From positions 32,054,001 to 32,118,000 of the forward strand of contig CM114271.1 of assembly GCA_050084515.1 (NCBI GenBank): 64,000 bases of DNA, given 5' to 3'. A model generated the notes under the pieces. The model was not told the DNA's origin, searched no databases, and was given only the letters and a program-made list of their open reading frames with translations. Source of the DNA: Blasia pusilla (taxonomy: Eukaryota). Positions 24,790 through 39,400 of the stretch are shown here, one piece after another (position 1 is the stretch's first letter; every line of letters starts with the position of its first letter). The translations under genes and the position numbers were made by a program.

Positions 24790-26510
24790 CTTGTAGAGGT
24801 GTAAGATCACAATCCAACCCATAGCCTCCGTCCTTTGAGAATGGCCTTGTTAGCCATGGCAGTATCACGTTGAGTTTGATCGACAAACTTAACTAGAATG
24901 GCACGAGGTCGTGTTCGTGTTTTCCCAATACGGAAAGATTGAGCCAAGTCCGGGTTATGAACATGAAGTGTATCAACCAAAAACTTGGTGACAACACTCT
25001 TCATCTCTTCGCTCTCTGTTTGTAGCAAACGTGAGATTCACATATTCTTTTTACGTGCAAATTGGTTTTCCTTTTCTATCTCTTGCTCTTGACAGAAAAA
25101 GATATGAGCAACCTTTGTAGCTTCAGCATAAGATTTCATTTTCACTTCCAAAGTTTCAACAACTTCATGCAATCTTGAACTATGGGGAGTAGTCGGTAAT
25201 GATGATGCCTTCTCTTGAACATCTGCAATAGATTTGGAAAGATCCAACATCTCACTAAAGCTATCTTTCAACACTTTCTTCAAAATCTCTTGGCTTGCCT
25301 TCAACTCTCGGATTTGAATGTGTGCAAGATTAAATTGAGAAGTTTATCCCTTGAATTATTTTTTAAGCTCTTTCAATTCATGGAAGACCACTTGTACTAG
25401 ATTCAAGATTTTGTCGTAAGTAGTCATCATGTAGTGGACTTCACTATATCCTAGATATTGCACGACCTCCTATCAAGTAGAGCAGAATATCCAACACCTC
25501 ACAACTTCTGCTCTATAAGTTGGTTGTGCTTGAAATTTTTAGAAATTGTGCACCTTAGAAACTGCCAACTTTCCTCCTAATTTCACGTTCATCTCACAAT
25601 CCAACACAAAGATAAAACCTCCGCAAGATTCTGAGCTCCAATCCTCAAATCCTCAAGATCAGAATCTCCAACACCGCACAAATTCTTCTCTATAAGTTAA
25701 TTGTCCTTGAAATTTTGAGCAATTTTGCACCTTGGTAATCTCCACCTTCGTTAAAAATTTCAGCTTGAGTTCATAATCCATCACGAAAGTACAGCCTGCA
25801 CAAGATTTTGATCTCCAATCCTCAAATATGCAAGAGCAGAATCTTCAACACCACACGATATAAAAACTTTCCTTAGTATAGAGATGCTTTTGTAAACTAA
25901 TGGCATCTCGTGCCAATAATACGATATCATTTGCATATAATAAAGTTTTGATAACAAAGTCTCCAAGCTTCACATCTTCACTTTCACATTCCTCCAACCA
26001 CTTTTCAATATCATCTATGAAAACTCCAAATAGAGTAGGGGAGAGAGGGAAATCTTGAATGACTCCGCTAGTACTCAAGATTTCTTGAGTTTGTGAATCT
26101 TTGATCTTGATCCGAACGTATTGGTACATAGAACTGGATCTCATAGATTAGAAATTGAAGAAAGACATTAGCTCAACATTGATAGAAAAAAACGAATTTG
26201 TAGGTTATGTAACGGAGAAAGTATTGAGGATGAAGAGCATGTGTTTGTTACATGTACAAGGTATATAGTGATTACACTACCTCATAAAAGAGATGTGGAG
26301 AATTTCTATTCTTTACTACAGCTAGTGCCTTATGATTTACGTTGTTATAGTAGGGATATCATTATTCATCATTCAAGTGCTCTAGGCATAAGCTAGAAGA
26401 AGGCTTTTATGGTCTTTTTCCGAGTTAGTGTATTACTTATAAAGTGTTTTTTAGCCTGTTGACCCTTTGGGTCCCACGAGCTTGATCTATTTATCATTTA
26501 CCATTTACCA
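24790..26510. mobile_element. LINE fragments: ORF1 and 5' monomers (-), RT piece (-), 3' end (+)
   Basis: ORF1 motifs FRIGK..PRAILVKF at 24807-25028, RT piece at 25870-26130, 3' end with tail at 26145-26510. Confidence 0.85.
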
Positions 26511-26569
26511 TGTTAGAAAAATATGAGATAATACTAATCAACTAGTAACCCTTTATAATCTATATCCCC

Positions 26570-27785
26570 TAATGGTAAATGGTAAATAGATCCAACCCAA
26601 GGGACCCAAATGGTCAAAACGCTAAAAAACATATTACAAGCCATTCAATCACTGACCCGGAAAAAGATCCTAAAGACCTTGTCCTAGCTACTGCCTAGAG
26701 CACTTGAGCGATGAATAATGACATCCCTAATATAACAACCTAAATCATAAGGCACTAACTATAGTAAAGAATAGAAATTCTCCACATCTATTTTATAAGC
26801 TAGTCTAATCTCTTTATACCTTGGACATGTAACAAACACATGCTCTTCATCCTCAATATTTTCTCCGTCACATAACCTACAAATTGGTTCACTTCTATCA
26901 ATATTAAACCATCGTCTTTCCTCAATTCCTAGCTTATGAGACCCATTCTATATCGTGCGATAATTTGAAGTAAGAACGTGGAGATCCCCGCAAGTAGGTA
27001 TCCTTGTTCACAATATACAAGCAACGGATTACATTGAAGTTGGTAAAAATCCACTTTTGTGCCCGAGATGCTCCAAATAATGTTGATAAATTGCTTCTGT
27101 AGATGCTCGCGGAGTGCCATCGGTTTCAAGTCCCAATCCCGTTCTGCCACATTCCACTTTGAAGACCAAGTCACCACATCGGCAATCCAACCTATAGAAC
27201 GTGTGGCTCGCAAAGCTTGATGAGGCAGGCGAGAAACATCAAGAGATCTCATCCTTGCGATGTAAGTGATGGTTAAGTAGAGAGCTTCATTCAGCCTCTA
27301 GAGGAAGACAACCTGTTTCCGCAAGAAGAATAGCATAAGGAGTTTGGTTTCTTACACCCAATTCTTCTTGTAGATCTTTTGCACCCTCTCCATGCGCTCC
27401 CAGCATGTCTTCTTACAACTAGGGCCCCAAATTTGGATCCCATATAAGACCACCGGCAACACTAAGCTCCTAAATAAGAACTTCCTAAGATCCCACGATA
27501 CAAGATGAGCTCTTCTACATGGATTTAAAAATGAATATAGAGCTTTGTAACCAGCTTCTACTCTCTTTTGCACGCAAAGTGCCCAACTATAGTCATTAGA
27601 GACATCAATGCTAGATATTTGTAACTCTTCACTTGTTTTAATTGTAGATCTTTTTAAAAGAACGAGAACTTGGATCTAGTACCCATTATAATGACTTTAG
27701 ACTTTTCCATATTAACCTCCATCTGATTCTGGATACAAAAACTTGCCAAAGTGTTGAGGTATATTTGTAAACTAATGCCATAACG
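26570..27785 (-). mobile_element. Decayed LINE 3' part
   Basis: Tail at 26571-26587 and RT C-terminal ORF fragments. Confidence 0.9.
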
Positions 27786-27792
27786 TGCTACT

Positions 27793-30700
27793 ACGAAGTC
27801 AACCGTTCCATCGACTTATTGGGGATGTTCTCAAATATCAAAGCAAAGGTGAAGTCTTTCTAGTTGGAGATTTCAATGCTCGCACACGTACTGCTCAATT
27901 TACCCAATTCACTGATTCCTTGATTTCTCCTCTTCTCGAAGAATATGAGGATGGTTTATGGTCTAGAATCTCTTCAGATCTTTCTACAAATCCTTTGTGA
28001 GTATTTTTAACCTTTGGAGCCACTTGTAATTTGAAAGTTCTTAATGGAACCTCTCATTTTCCCAACTCTCACTCCAATACGTGTTTCTCCTCTACCGGCG
28101 CTAGCACCATCGATTATCTTCTGTCCTCGCCCGCTGATAGCTCTCTTATCTCTACATTTGATATTCTAGAACCTCAGCCTGAATCAGATCATGCACCTCT
28201 CTTGTTTACTCTCTCACTATCAAAGGAAATTCCTCTCTCGACATGTCAATCTATTTTAGCTTCTCCCAAGTTTCGCTTAGATCTTGGAAAAAAAGATCTT
28301 TATATGCTACATTTACAAGAACACTTGACTCGCATTGTATGGAGCCCTGATCCAAACACGGCAAGTATGCAACTAACGGAATTGCTCAAAAACAGTGCAT
28401 CTAAGTTCTTTTCGCGCCACAGGGATAGAAGTGCTAGGAGGCTGCCTTGTAATGGATGGTTTGACTCTGAATGCAAGCAAGCAAGGGCACGAGCAGCTGA
28501 TAAATCTTTGGATATCCCAAGTCGGCTTATTATGACGAGCCTTTACAAATACTTGGTGAAATCTAAGAAACGAGCTTTCTTGCGGCGAAAACAAGAGTCC
28601 TTGACAAGGAGCTGCATGAGGACCCCAAATCATTTTGGAGCGGTTAGTAGTACGGTCTTCAAAACCTATTCTTGATCCCAAGTCTTTGATATCTTTTGCC
28701 GAAAAGCTCTATTTCTTCCCCGATGCTACGTCTATGCCACGTTGTGAAGGAATACCTGGCTTATTCTCTGAAGGAGAGGTGATGACTCAACTAAGAAGAT
28801 TGGCGAATGGTAAATGTGAGGATTTGGATGGTCTTTCTATTGAACTTTTCAAGTGGGGAGGAGATTGTATTGGACCGATCCTCACCAAATTATTGGGTGA
28901 TCTTTGCTATCTATGGTTTTTCCTTCAACCTGGTCGCTACGGGAGATTGTCCCTATTCACAAATCAGGAAGGAAGGACTTGGTAACAAACTATCGCACTA
29001 TCATGGTGGGTAGTGTTTTTGCCAAGTTGTTTGGGAAATTGGTGGAGTCGAAGTTGAGCACATGGACAGAGTCTTTCCAAAAAAGAGCACGGGTCCAAGC
29101 TGGTTTTTCGTCAACATACAACACCATCGATCATATCTTGGCCTTGGTGTTTTATGGGAGAAAATCTAAGAGCAATGGAAAAGCTTTGTTTTGCGGCTTC
29201 ATCGATTTCAAGAAAGCTTTTGATCTGCACCTGAAGCTCTTATGGGAAAGGGTGCAAGCCATTGGAGTTCCACAAAATCTCCTAGCACCAGTGGCCCACG
29301 TTATACCATTCCGTTGGGCCAAGATCAAAGGTTCACAAACTCAAGAGATCTTGAACACCATTGGAGTCATTCAAGGTTGCCTCTCTCTCCCTACACTTTT
29401 GGAGTTTTCATAGATGATATCGAAAAGTGGTTGGAGGAATGTGATAGTGAAGGGTCAAGCTTGGGGACTTTGTCATCAAAGCTCTATTGTATGCAGATGA
29501 TATCATATTACTAGCACGTGATGGCATTAGTTTACAAAAACACCTCGACACTTTGGCAAAGTTTTGTACCCAGAATCAGATGGAGGTTAATATGGACAAG
29601 TCTAAAGTCATTATAGTGGGTACTAGATCCAAGTTCTCGTTCTTTTACAAAGGTCTACAATTAGAACAAGTGAAGAGTTACAAATATCTAGGCATCGATT
29701 TCTCTCATGACTATAGTTGGACACTTTGCGTGCAAAAGAGAGTAGAAGCTGGTTACAAAGCTCTATATTTATTTTTAAACCGGTGTAGAAGAGCTCATCT
29801 TGTGTCTTGGAGTCTTAGGAAATTCTTATTTAGGAGCTTAGTGTTGCCGGTGGTCTTATATGGGACCCAAGTTTGGGACCCTAGTTGTAAGAAGACACGT
29901 TGGGAGCGCGTGGAAAGAGTGCAAAAGATCTTTCTACAAGAAGAATTGGGTGTAAGAAACCAAACTCCGTATGCTATTCTTCTTTGCGGAAAAGGTTTTC
30001 TTCCTCTAGAAGTGAAGCTCTTTACTTGACCATCACTTACATCGCAAGGTGAGATCTCTTGATGTTTTCGCCTCCCTCATCAAGCTTTGCGAGCCACACG
30101 TTCCATAGGGTGGATGGCGGATGTGGTGACTTGGTCTTCAAAGTGGAATATAACGCGATTGGGACTTGAAACCGATGGCCCTCAGTGAGCATCTCTGAAG
30201 CAATCTCTCAACATCATTTGGAGCAAAGTGCGGGCACCAAAATGGAGTTTTATCAACTTCATGTTAATCCTATGCTTGTATATTGTGAACAATGATACCT
30301 ACTTGCGGGGATCTCCACGTTCTTACGACATATTATCGCACGTCATAGAACTGGGTCTCATAGGCTAGGAATTGAGGAAGGACGATGGTTTAAAATTGAT
30401 AGAATTGAACAAATTTGTAGGTTATGTGACGGAGAAAATATTGAGGATGAAGAGCATGTGTTTGTTACATGTCCAAGGTATGGAGAAATAAGACTAGCTC
30501 ATAAAATAGATGTGGAGAATTTCTATTCTTTACTACAGCTAGTACCTTATGATTTAGGTTGTTATATTAGGGATGTCATCATTCATCGCTCAAGTGAATA
30601 TAGACTGTAGTTAGGAGAAGGTCTTAAGGATCTTTTTCAGGGTCAGTCAATGAATGACTTGTAATGTGTTTTTCAGCCTTTTGACCCTTTGGGTCCCACG
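27793..30700 (+). mobile_element. LINE ORF2 (APE C-half, RT, CCHC), frameshifted
   Basis: GDFNAR, STIDY, SDHAPL (AP endonuclease), YADD, 3' UTR. Confidence 0.92.
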
Positions 30701-30764
30701 GACCCAAAGGTGGAGAATTTCTATTCTTTAGCTACAGCCTAGAGCACTTGAGCGATGAAGGGCA

Positions 30765-33535
30765 CCAAGTCCTTCCTTCCTGATTTGTGAATAGGGACAA
30801 TCTCCCGTAGCGACCAGGTTGAAGGAAAACCATAGATAGCAGCATCACCCAATAATTTGGTGAGGATCGGTCCAATACAATCTCCTCCCCACTTGAAAAG
30901 TTTAATAGAAAGACCATCCAAATCCTCACATTTACCATTCGCCAATCTTCTTAGTTGAGTCATCACCTCTCCTTTAGAGAATAAGCCAGGTATTCCTTCA
31001 CAACGTGGCATAGACGTAGCATCGGGGAAGAAATAGAGCTTTTCGGCAAAAGATATCAAAGACTTGGGATCAAGAATAGGTTTTGAAGACCGTACTACTA
31101 ACCGTCTCCAAAATGATTTGGGGTCCTCATGCAGCTCCCTTGTCAAGGACTCTTGTTTTCGCCGCAAGAAAGCTCGTTTCTTAGATTTCACCAAGTATTT
31201 GTAAAGGCTCGTCATAATAAGCCGACTTGGGATATCCAAAGATTTATCAGCTGCTCGTGCCCTTGCTTGCTTGCATTTGAGTCAAACCACCCATTACAAG
31301 GCAGCCTCCTAGCACTTCTATCCCCTGTGGCGCGAAAAGAACTTAGATGCCTTTGTTTTTGAGCAATTAGTTAGTTGCATACTTGCCGTGTTTGGATCAG
31401 GGCTCCATACAATGCGAGTCAAGTGTTCTTGTAAATGTAGCATATAAAGATCTTTTTTTCCAAGATCTAAGCGAAACTTGGGAGAAGCTAAAATAGATTG
31501 ACATGTCGAGAGAGGAATTTCCTTTGATAGTGAGAGAGTAAACAAGAGAGGTGCATGATCTGATTCAGGTGAGGTTCTAGAATATCAAATGTAGAGATTA
31601 AGAGAGCTATCAGCGGGCGAGGACAGAAGATAATCGATGGTGCTAAGCCAGAGAGGAGAAACACGTATTGGAGTGAGAGTTGGGAAAATGAGAGGTTCCA
31701 TTAAGAACTTTCAAATTACAAGTGGCTCCAAAGGTTAAAAAATACTCTGTCAAAGGATTTGTAGAAAGATCTGAAGAGATTCTAGACCATAAACCATCCT
31801 CATATTCTTCGAGAAGAGGAGAAATCAAGGAATCAGTGAATTGGGTAAATTGAGCAGTACGTGTGCGAGCATTGAAATCTCCAACTAGAAAGACTTCACC
31901 TTTGCTTTGATATTTGAGAACATCCCCAATAAGTCGATAGAACGGTTGACTTCGATTGTGAGTGCGAGTTTAGTAGATAGGCATGGAGAGTGGTGCAAAA
32001 TAACAAACTGCCAAATAACAATAAGATCCCCCAACCAAACCAAGATGTAGCCAATGATATTGACCCCCGATATCTTGATCTTCTAGATGAATGAGAGGTA
32101 GAAATTGAGACCTGATGAAAGTAGCAATACCGCCATAACCCCTTCTGCCCGTTGCCTTCTTTGATTCCATGTCGATCCTACCAAAGTAAACCCTTGCATC
32201 TCTGCAATAGTATTGCTCTCATGTTCCCAAGTCTCCACAATATTGATAATATCTTCCATCTCCCAAATTGGTAGAGCACTCACATACTTTGTTGTTGAAA
32301 GGCCTCGTATATTCCACATCAACACTCTCAGCTTCTTGGATTGCTAGGTTGATAACTCTCTTTTTCTCTGGGTAACAATTGCTCTCCCATCACGTAGATA
32401 AGCAATAAAACCTGCTTCTTGAGCCTCTTTGACCTTTGCAAGCTCCTTTCTCCTAGCTTCGACTTGTAGAGGTGTGAGATCAGGATCCAACCATATCCTC
32501 CGTCCTTTGAGAATGGCCTTGTTAGCCATGGCAGTATCACGTTGAGTTTGATCAACAAACTTGACTACAATGGCACGAGGTTGTGTGCCCGTTTTCCCAA
32601 TACGAAAAGCTTGAGCCAAGTCCGGGTTATGAACATGAAGTGTATCAACCAAGAACTTGGTGACAACACTCTTCACCTCTTCGCTCTCTGTTTCCGATAA
32701 ACCTGAGATTCTCACATTCTTTCTACGGGCAAATTGGTTTTCTTTTTCTATCTCTTGCTCTTTGAGAAAGAGATATGAGCAACCTTTGTAGCTTCAGCAT
32801 AAGATTTCATTTTCACTTCTAAAGTTTCAACAACCTCATGCAATCCTGAACTATTGGGAGTAGTCACCAAGGATGATGCCTTCTCTTGAACATCCGCAAC
32901 AGATTTGGAAAGATCCAGCATCACACTAGAACTATCTTTCTACACTTTCTTCAGAACCTCTTGCGTTGCCTTCAACTCTCGGATTTGAATATGTGCATGG
33001 TTTAATTGAGAAGTTTGTACCTTGAATTCTTGTCGAAGCTCTTTAACTTCATGCAAGACGACTTGCACTAGATTCAAGATTTCGTCTTGAGTGGTCATCC
33101 TGTAGTCGACTTCACTGCATCCCAGAAAGTATAATTGAATCTCCAACACCACACAACTTCTGCTCTAGAAGTTGGTTGTACTTGAAATTTCTAGGATCAA
33201 GACGCCTCTAGACATTCCACGTGGAGTCCAAATCTCAGCTTCATATGACACTCCACCTCAAAGTTATGGCCTCGGCAAGATTCAGATCTGAAATGCTCAA
33301 ATCTAGAAGTGCAGAAACTCAAATCTCTCACAACTTCGTGTGTATAACTCGGTTGTGCTTGCAAATTGAGAGCTAGGGCGCCTCTTTATACTCCACGTTG
33401 CCTCCAAATCTCAGCTTCATATGACACTCCACCTCAAAGTTATGGCGTCGGCAAGATTCAGATCTGAAATGCTCAAATCTAGAAGTGCAGAAACTCAAAT
33501 CTCTCACAACTTCGTGTGTATAACTCGGTTGTGCT
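30765..33535 (-). mobile_element. LINE 5' half: 176-bp 5' monomers, ORF1, APE endonuclease, start of RT
   Basis: ORF1 MTTQDEILNL...RISGLSE...AFRIGK..PRAIVVKF...IWLDPDLT (L1-type RRM/CTD). ORF2 begins LMWNIRG...VETW...GGIA. Confidence 0.9.
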
Positions 33536-35270
33536 TAGAAGAGGTGAAGAGTGTTATCACCAAGTTCTTGGTTGATACACTTCATGTTCACAACCTGGAC
33601 TTGGCTCAAGTTTACGCATTGGGAAAAAGGGAATACAGCCTCATGCTATTCTAGTTAAGTTTGTTGATCAAACTCAACGTCATCGTATACGTTTTGGCTT
33701 GGTTGGGGGATCTTATTGTTATCTCAAAGTTTGTTATTTTGCACAATTTTCTATGCCTATCTACTTAACACGCACTTCCAATCAAAGTCAATCGTTTCAT
33801 CGACTTAATGGGGATGTTCTCAAATATCAAAGCAAAGGTGAAATCTTTCTAGTTGCGGATTTCAATACTCGCCCACGTATTGCTCAATTTACTCAATTTA
33901 GTGACTCCTTGACTTCTGGTCTTCTCGAAGAACTAGAAGATGGTTTGTGGTCTAGAATCTCTTCAGATCTTTCTACAAATCCTTTGACAAAACATTTCTT
34001 AACTTTTGGAGCCACTTGTTACTTGAAAGTTCTTAATTGAACCTCTCATTTTCCCAACTCTCACTCCAATACATATTTCTCCTCTATCGGTGCTAGCACC
34101 ATCGATTATCTTCTCTCCTCGCCCACTAATAGCTCTCATATTTCTACATTTGAAGTTTTAGAACCTTAGCTTCAATTAGATCATGCACCTCTTTTTTTTT
34201 CATTCTCATTGTCAAAGATAATTCTTCTCTCAACATGTCAATCCGTTTTAGCTTCTCCCAAGTTTCGATTAGATTCTCGTAAAAAAGATCTTTAAATGAT
34301 AGATTTACAAGAACTCTTGACTCACATTGTATGGAGCCCAGATCCACAGACAGACGACAAGTTTGCAACTAACCGAATTGCTCAAGAACACTGCATCCAA
34401 GTTCTTTTCCTAGCATGAGGGTAGAAGTGCTAGGAGGCTCCCTTGTAATGGGTGGTTTCACTGGTTTGACTCCGAATGCAAGCAAGCAAGGTTAAGAGCA
34501 TTGGAAAAATCTTTGAATATTCAAAGTCGGCTAATAAGGACGAGCCTTTACAAACACTTTGTGAAATCTAAGAAACGATCTTTCTTCCGGCGGAAGGAGG
34601 AGTCCTTATCAAGGGAACTCCATAACGATCCCAAATCATTTGGGAGACGGTCAGTAGTACGGTCTTCAAAACCTACTCTTGATCCCAAGTCTTTGATATC
34701 TTTTGCAAAAAAGCTCTATTTCTTCCCCCATGCTATATCTATGCCCCGTGGTGGGAGGCATACCAAGCTTATTCTCGGAAGCAGAAGTGATGACTCAACT
34801 AAGAAAATTAGCAAATGACAAATGCGAGGATTTTTCAAGTGGGGACGAGATTCATTCCGGCCGATCCTCATAAAAGTGTTGGGTGGATTGAATGGGGAGC
34901 AAGTAATGCTGTTATTTATGGTTTTCCTTCTACTTGGTCGCTGCAGGAGATTTTTCCTATTCACAAATCATGAAGGAAGGATTTTGTGACAAACTATCGC
35001 ACTATCATGACGGATGGTGTTTTTGCCAAGCTATTTGGGAAGTTGGTGGAGTCAAAGTTGAGCGCATGGACAAAGTCTTTCCAAAAGAGAACACAAGTCC
35101 AAGCTGGTTTTCGACCAACATATAACACCATCGATAATATCCCGACCTTGCGTGTTCTATGGGAGAAATCTAAATATAATAGAAAAACTTTCTTTTACGA
35201 TCTCGTCGATTTCAAAAAAGTTTTTGACACAGTACCTTGTAAGCTCTTGTGGGATAGGCTACAAATAACT
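33536..35270 (+). mobile_element. Strongly decayed LINE (ORF1 piece, APE, RT start)
   Basis: Homology to the same family, with many stops and deletions. Confidence 0.85.
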
Positions 35271-36492
35271 TAAAAAGGGAAAACCCCAAGAGATCAAGTC
35301 TAGTTAATGTCTAAAGAGTGAATAATTATATTATACAATGAATAACTATATTCCATTTATAACAATCCAAATATAATACTAATTATAGAAAAAATGAAAA
35401 ATTCTAAACAATAATTTTACGAGTTAATTTGATACCAATATATCTGGAATATTTAACAAACATGCTCTTCATCGTCAAATATTTCTATTTAACCTAACCT
35501 ATAGATTTATCCAATTTTTTTTAATGTTAAGCCAATGTTCATTCTCACTGTTTTTTGTAGAGGTCTCTAATTGGCATTGGACAATATAATACTCTGCAAA
35601 AATGGAAATCCTTACAATTAATTTTCTTCATAGTATACAAGCATGTAAATAACATGATATTGATAGTATTCCATTTTCAAATCTAGATTATTCTAAAGAA
35701 TGATGAAAACATATTTATAAATCCCAATCTAGCTCATTCACACTCCATTTACAGACCGAATCATCACATATATTGACAACTCTATGTGAATGGAACCACA
35801 ATCCAAACCATCTTGAAGGCTTTATGCAGGCAAGTTTCGTCCATTGGGAATTTTGACATCATATTTGACCAGTGCCCTCCATCGCAAATCGATCCTCTTT
35901 TTTCCTTCGTTCCATTTTGAAAATGATTTCTGGACCCAACCAATCTTATCCTCCTGAGAGCCCAAAACTTTAGCTGCCTAATAAGAAAAGTGAAAGGAAA
36001 ATGCTCCTACTTCCTCTCTTATCCGCGCAACTAATCCCTAAGATCACAATAGAAATTCCAACTTCGTTACTTCGCCACCTACTTGTACATTCACTGCCCC
36101 TTAACAACATAAACTAGCATGTATGCCCTTATGACATGATCAAAAAGATTCCCATCCTCATTTTGAAAAAAGCTGAACCCCCATTCCTAAATCTCTTCAA
36201 AATGTTAAAACCCTATCCTCCACACTAATTTGCAGCCTCTACATGGGGGCTTCATGTTAGTTATAGACTCATAAAGATCGGATGAGAGCACACAACCTGG
36301 AGATTCTATGAGATGGTGATGGTGAAAATACACATTTGACTTTAGCTCCAATTATCATTTGATGTGATGAGCTCTTGTTCATGAACATGTTTGATCAGAT
36401 TTTGACTGAATACACAAACGCATGAGCAAGGCACAAAGAAATGCGCTGTTTCTCATATCTGGCTCATCCAGTGAATCCTTTTAAAGAGGAAA

Positions 36493-39400
36493 TCAGATCT
36501 CCCACCAAGGAGAACCTGCTTTGAATGAAGTTAGCTGATCTTGATCATCCCAAGTTATTTGCCATGCCTGCAATCCTAGTGCACACTCAGGCTCACGACC
36601 ATGCAGTGCCCCCCATCTCTCCATGGATCCACCATCTCTTCTGTCTTTGACATTACCAACCCAGGAGCTTTCATCTTCTGTGACCAGTTCATTTAAGCAT
36701 GGATCGACATTAGGAAACTTCAAACGTGCAAGGCTGGCAGGAATGTACATAGAATCCCCAACTATCGGAGAACCCAGTGCTGCGAGCTGTGTTCGGACCT
36801 GCAGGTAAAGACCCAAGTCAAGGGGGAGTAAGTCACACCGCTGAAAGTGAGACAGCAGTGAAAATGATTTGGGTTGAGACTTCATAGAAGATTGACAGAC
36901 CGACAACAGCCCATATGAAGAGAATCCAGATCACCATCCACTGAAAAAAGCTTCACACATGAACCGCAGAAGTGCCTTCCCACATCAATTTCACCTGGAA
37001 AATCCATAATCTATTCTTGTCCAGAGCTAAAGAGTTGAATTGAGTTTTTCCAAACACTCAACTTTCGAAACAATTCTCTTAAAAGGTTCCAGAGAATCAG
37101 GAGTGTGCAATGCATCCATGTAAACCCACCTGATGTGTGCGACCAGTAAGCAACTCCAGTGTACATTCATATGCATATTTTTGAACCTCCCACCCACAGT
37201 CCTTGACGCGATAGTTTTTCATTGTGGAAGGACTAGGCCATGGCACTGCTTTGCAGCTAAGTATTTCCATCTCACATCGTTGCCATCCAGCATGCTCACC
37301 TGTCAATACAGTAAACTAATCTATGAACCAATGCATGCTGAGACAACTATTGAATGCAGCGAGGATTTGCCAACAGTTGTCATATATCCAAAGAGCCCCT
37401 AAACCTTAATTAGACTGCTATTAAATGGAACTTGAGAAATTACAACATATAATAAAGTGAAAAACCAGCCTCTTCGGTGTATCAAAACTGGAGGCATGGA
37501 ATCTGTGAGGCTCACTAGACAGTTGAGGGCAGGATAGAAAAACCTTTGCTGATAATTCTAGGGGGATGGCGATCTGGTCTCATGAAGTGAGTGAGCCTTC
37601 CAACTGGCACAGGAGCTGTTGCAAGGGCCCGATATATTTTCTTTACTTTTCTCTCCTGTAAACATACAAGAGATCCACCCTTAAGGAACTGGTATCCTCA
37701 TCAACTGGGATCCAACTAGGAAACTTCAACTTAACATCATTGTCTCAATTGACCAGACAACATCCTTCATCTGGTACTACTTATGGACAGCTCAACTGAG
37801 CTTCAGTTCGCAGAACATCTTAATTCTTACCCGAAGTAACCCATGAAATTTTGAACAAAATTCTTTAGTCTTGGCCAAAACCACACTGCACACACAATGT
37901 CAACACAAACCCAAACTACCTTTCATGAGCCACAGTAGGCAGAGCTGAATAACAGCAACTCCCACAGGAGATCTGGAGGCAAGTCTTGCTAGAAAAACTG
38001 AATTCACATAACTTTAGCTACACCATCTGAGAGAAAGTTAGGTTTGACTAAGTCATTTGAGCATAATTGGAGATATGGTCCTACACTTCACTGGAAAGCT
38101 TGAACATACCACCCTTCAGTGCATGTGTCTATTTGGTGGGTGAGTTGGAGTGGTGATTGGAGCCCAATTGCTCGTGCAGTAAATGTCGCACACGTCTCCA
38201 CTAGGTTGTCCACCGTACCACCAACCTGGACATATTGTGAATTGGAGTTGCTAGTAAAATTTCTCCAGAACAATTGTATATTCCTATCACTGAAACAACA
38301 GTATATGTGGTGGGAATAGAAGGGAAATCCTTGATTGATGTCAATCAACCTCCTAAGTTTGCAGATAAATCACATTGCCCAGCATGATAATGAAACAATA
38401 ACATGTCATCTGAAATCAACCTTGTAAAAACTAATGAGCTGCTCCCTCCACTTGCAATGAGGAGTTCATTGGAGCAAAGAGTTTAATTGCATCTTCCATG
38501 AAAGTCTTTATGAACCTACCGAAACACCAGCAGGCTTGTCAAGAATTACGTAAGACTTTGTGTCTGCGATAATCCGTTGCTTCCAATTCACCTCATAGCA
38601 TCTAAGGGCAAGTAAATAAAACACTCGTCAACTTGTATCATACTTGACTTAGACATGCCAACTGAACTTTAGATCGGTGGATACACTCAGCAAGTCTTCA
38701 ATCTGCTAGCATCTTTTATGAACTTCAATGCTAGAAGTAAATATGATCAATGAAAGAAAGTGCTCATAATTGCAATATTCATGCAGATTTCGTGAGCCAT
38801 ATAGGTTGGTGTGTAGATCAGACACCAATAAAGCAGATGAATATAGCTAGCCGAACGGGTTCGAAATTAAAATACAACCTCTCACTACCAATCACAAACA
38901 AGAAAGGAAGCAAATTGGAGACGCATTACAACACAGAATGGTACATCATTTATTCAAACTCAAAATGAATCTCTCGCTCAACATCCAAATTCCATACGTG
39001 AGGAGAAGACTGAACTGCTCACATGAGATGTCAAGTACCTGGGAGATCGTTTCGGATGGACATGGACCCGCACGTATGACCCAGCCTCCAGCTTCATTTT
39101 TTTGCTAAGGACTCTGTAGGTTTTTTGAGCTTCTCTGACTGTCTTTCTTTTCAGAGAAGCACGTTTCGAGTTGTCCTGAAGCAGAGCAAATTGTTTGTAT
39201 ACTTCAATTTGCTCAGGTGTGGTGGTTGGAGGTGGAGGTGGACACAGAAGAGAATAATGAATTGCTCCAAATTCTACCAAATCTTCCACATACCTATTAG
39301 TGAGAACCACACACGTCTCCACAAATTCAATCCAGTGCACTATTAGCCAATACTGCTGTAGGCAATGAACGCTCCTGATCTTTCCATAATTCACATGAAA

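Noticed and set aside
35270-35940. Old LINE 3' remnant (DDEEH-like on the minus strand near 35460)
   Set aside because: Too decayed and AT-rich to delimit reliably.
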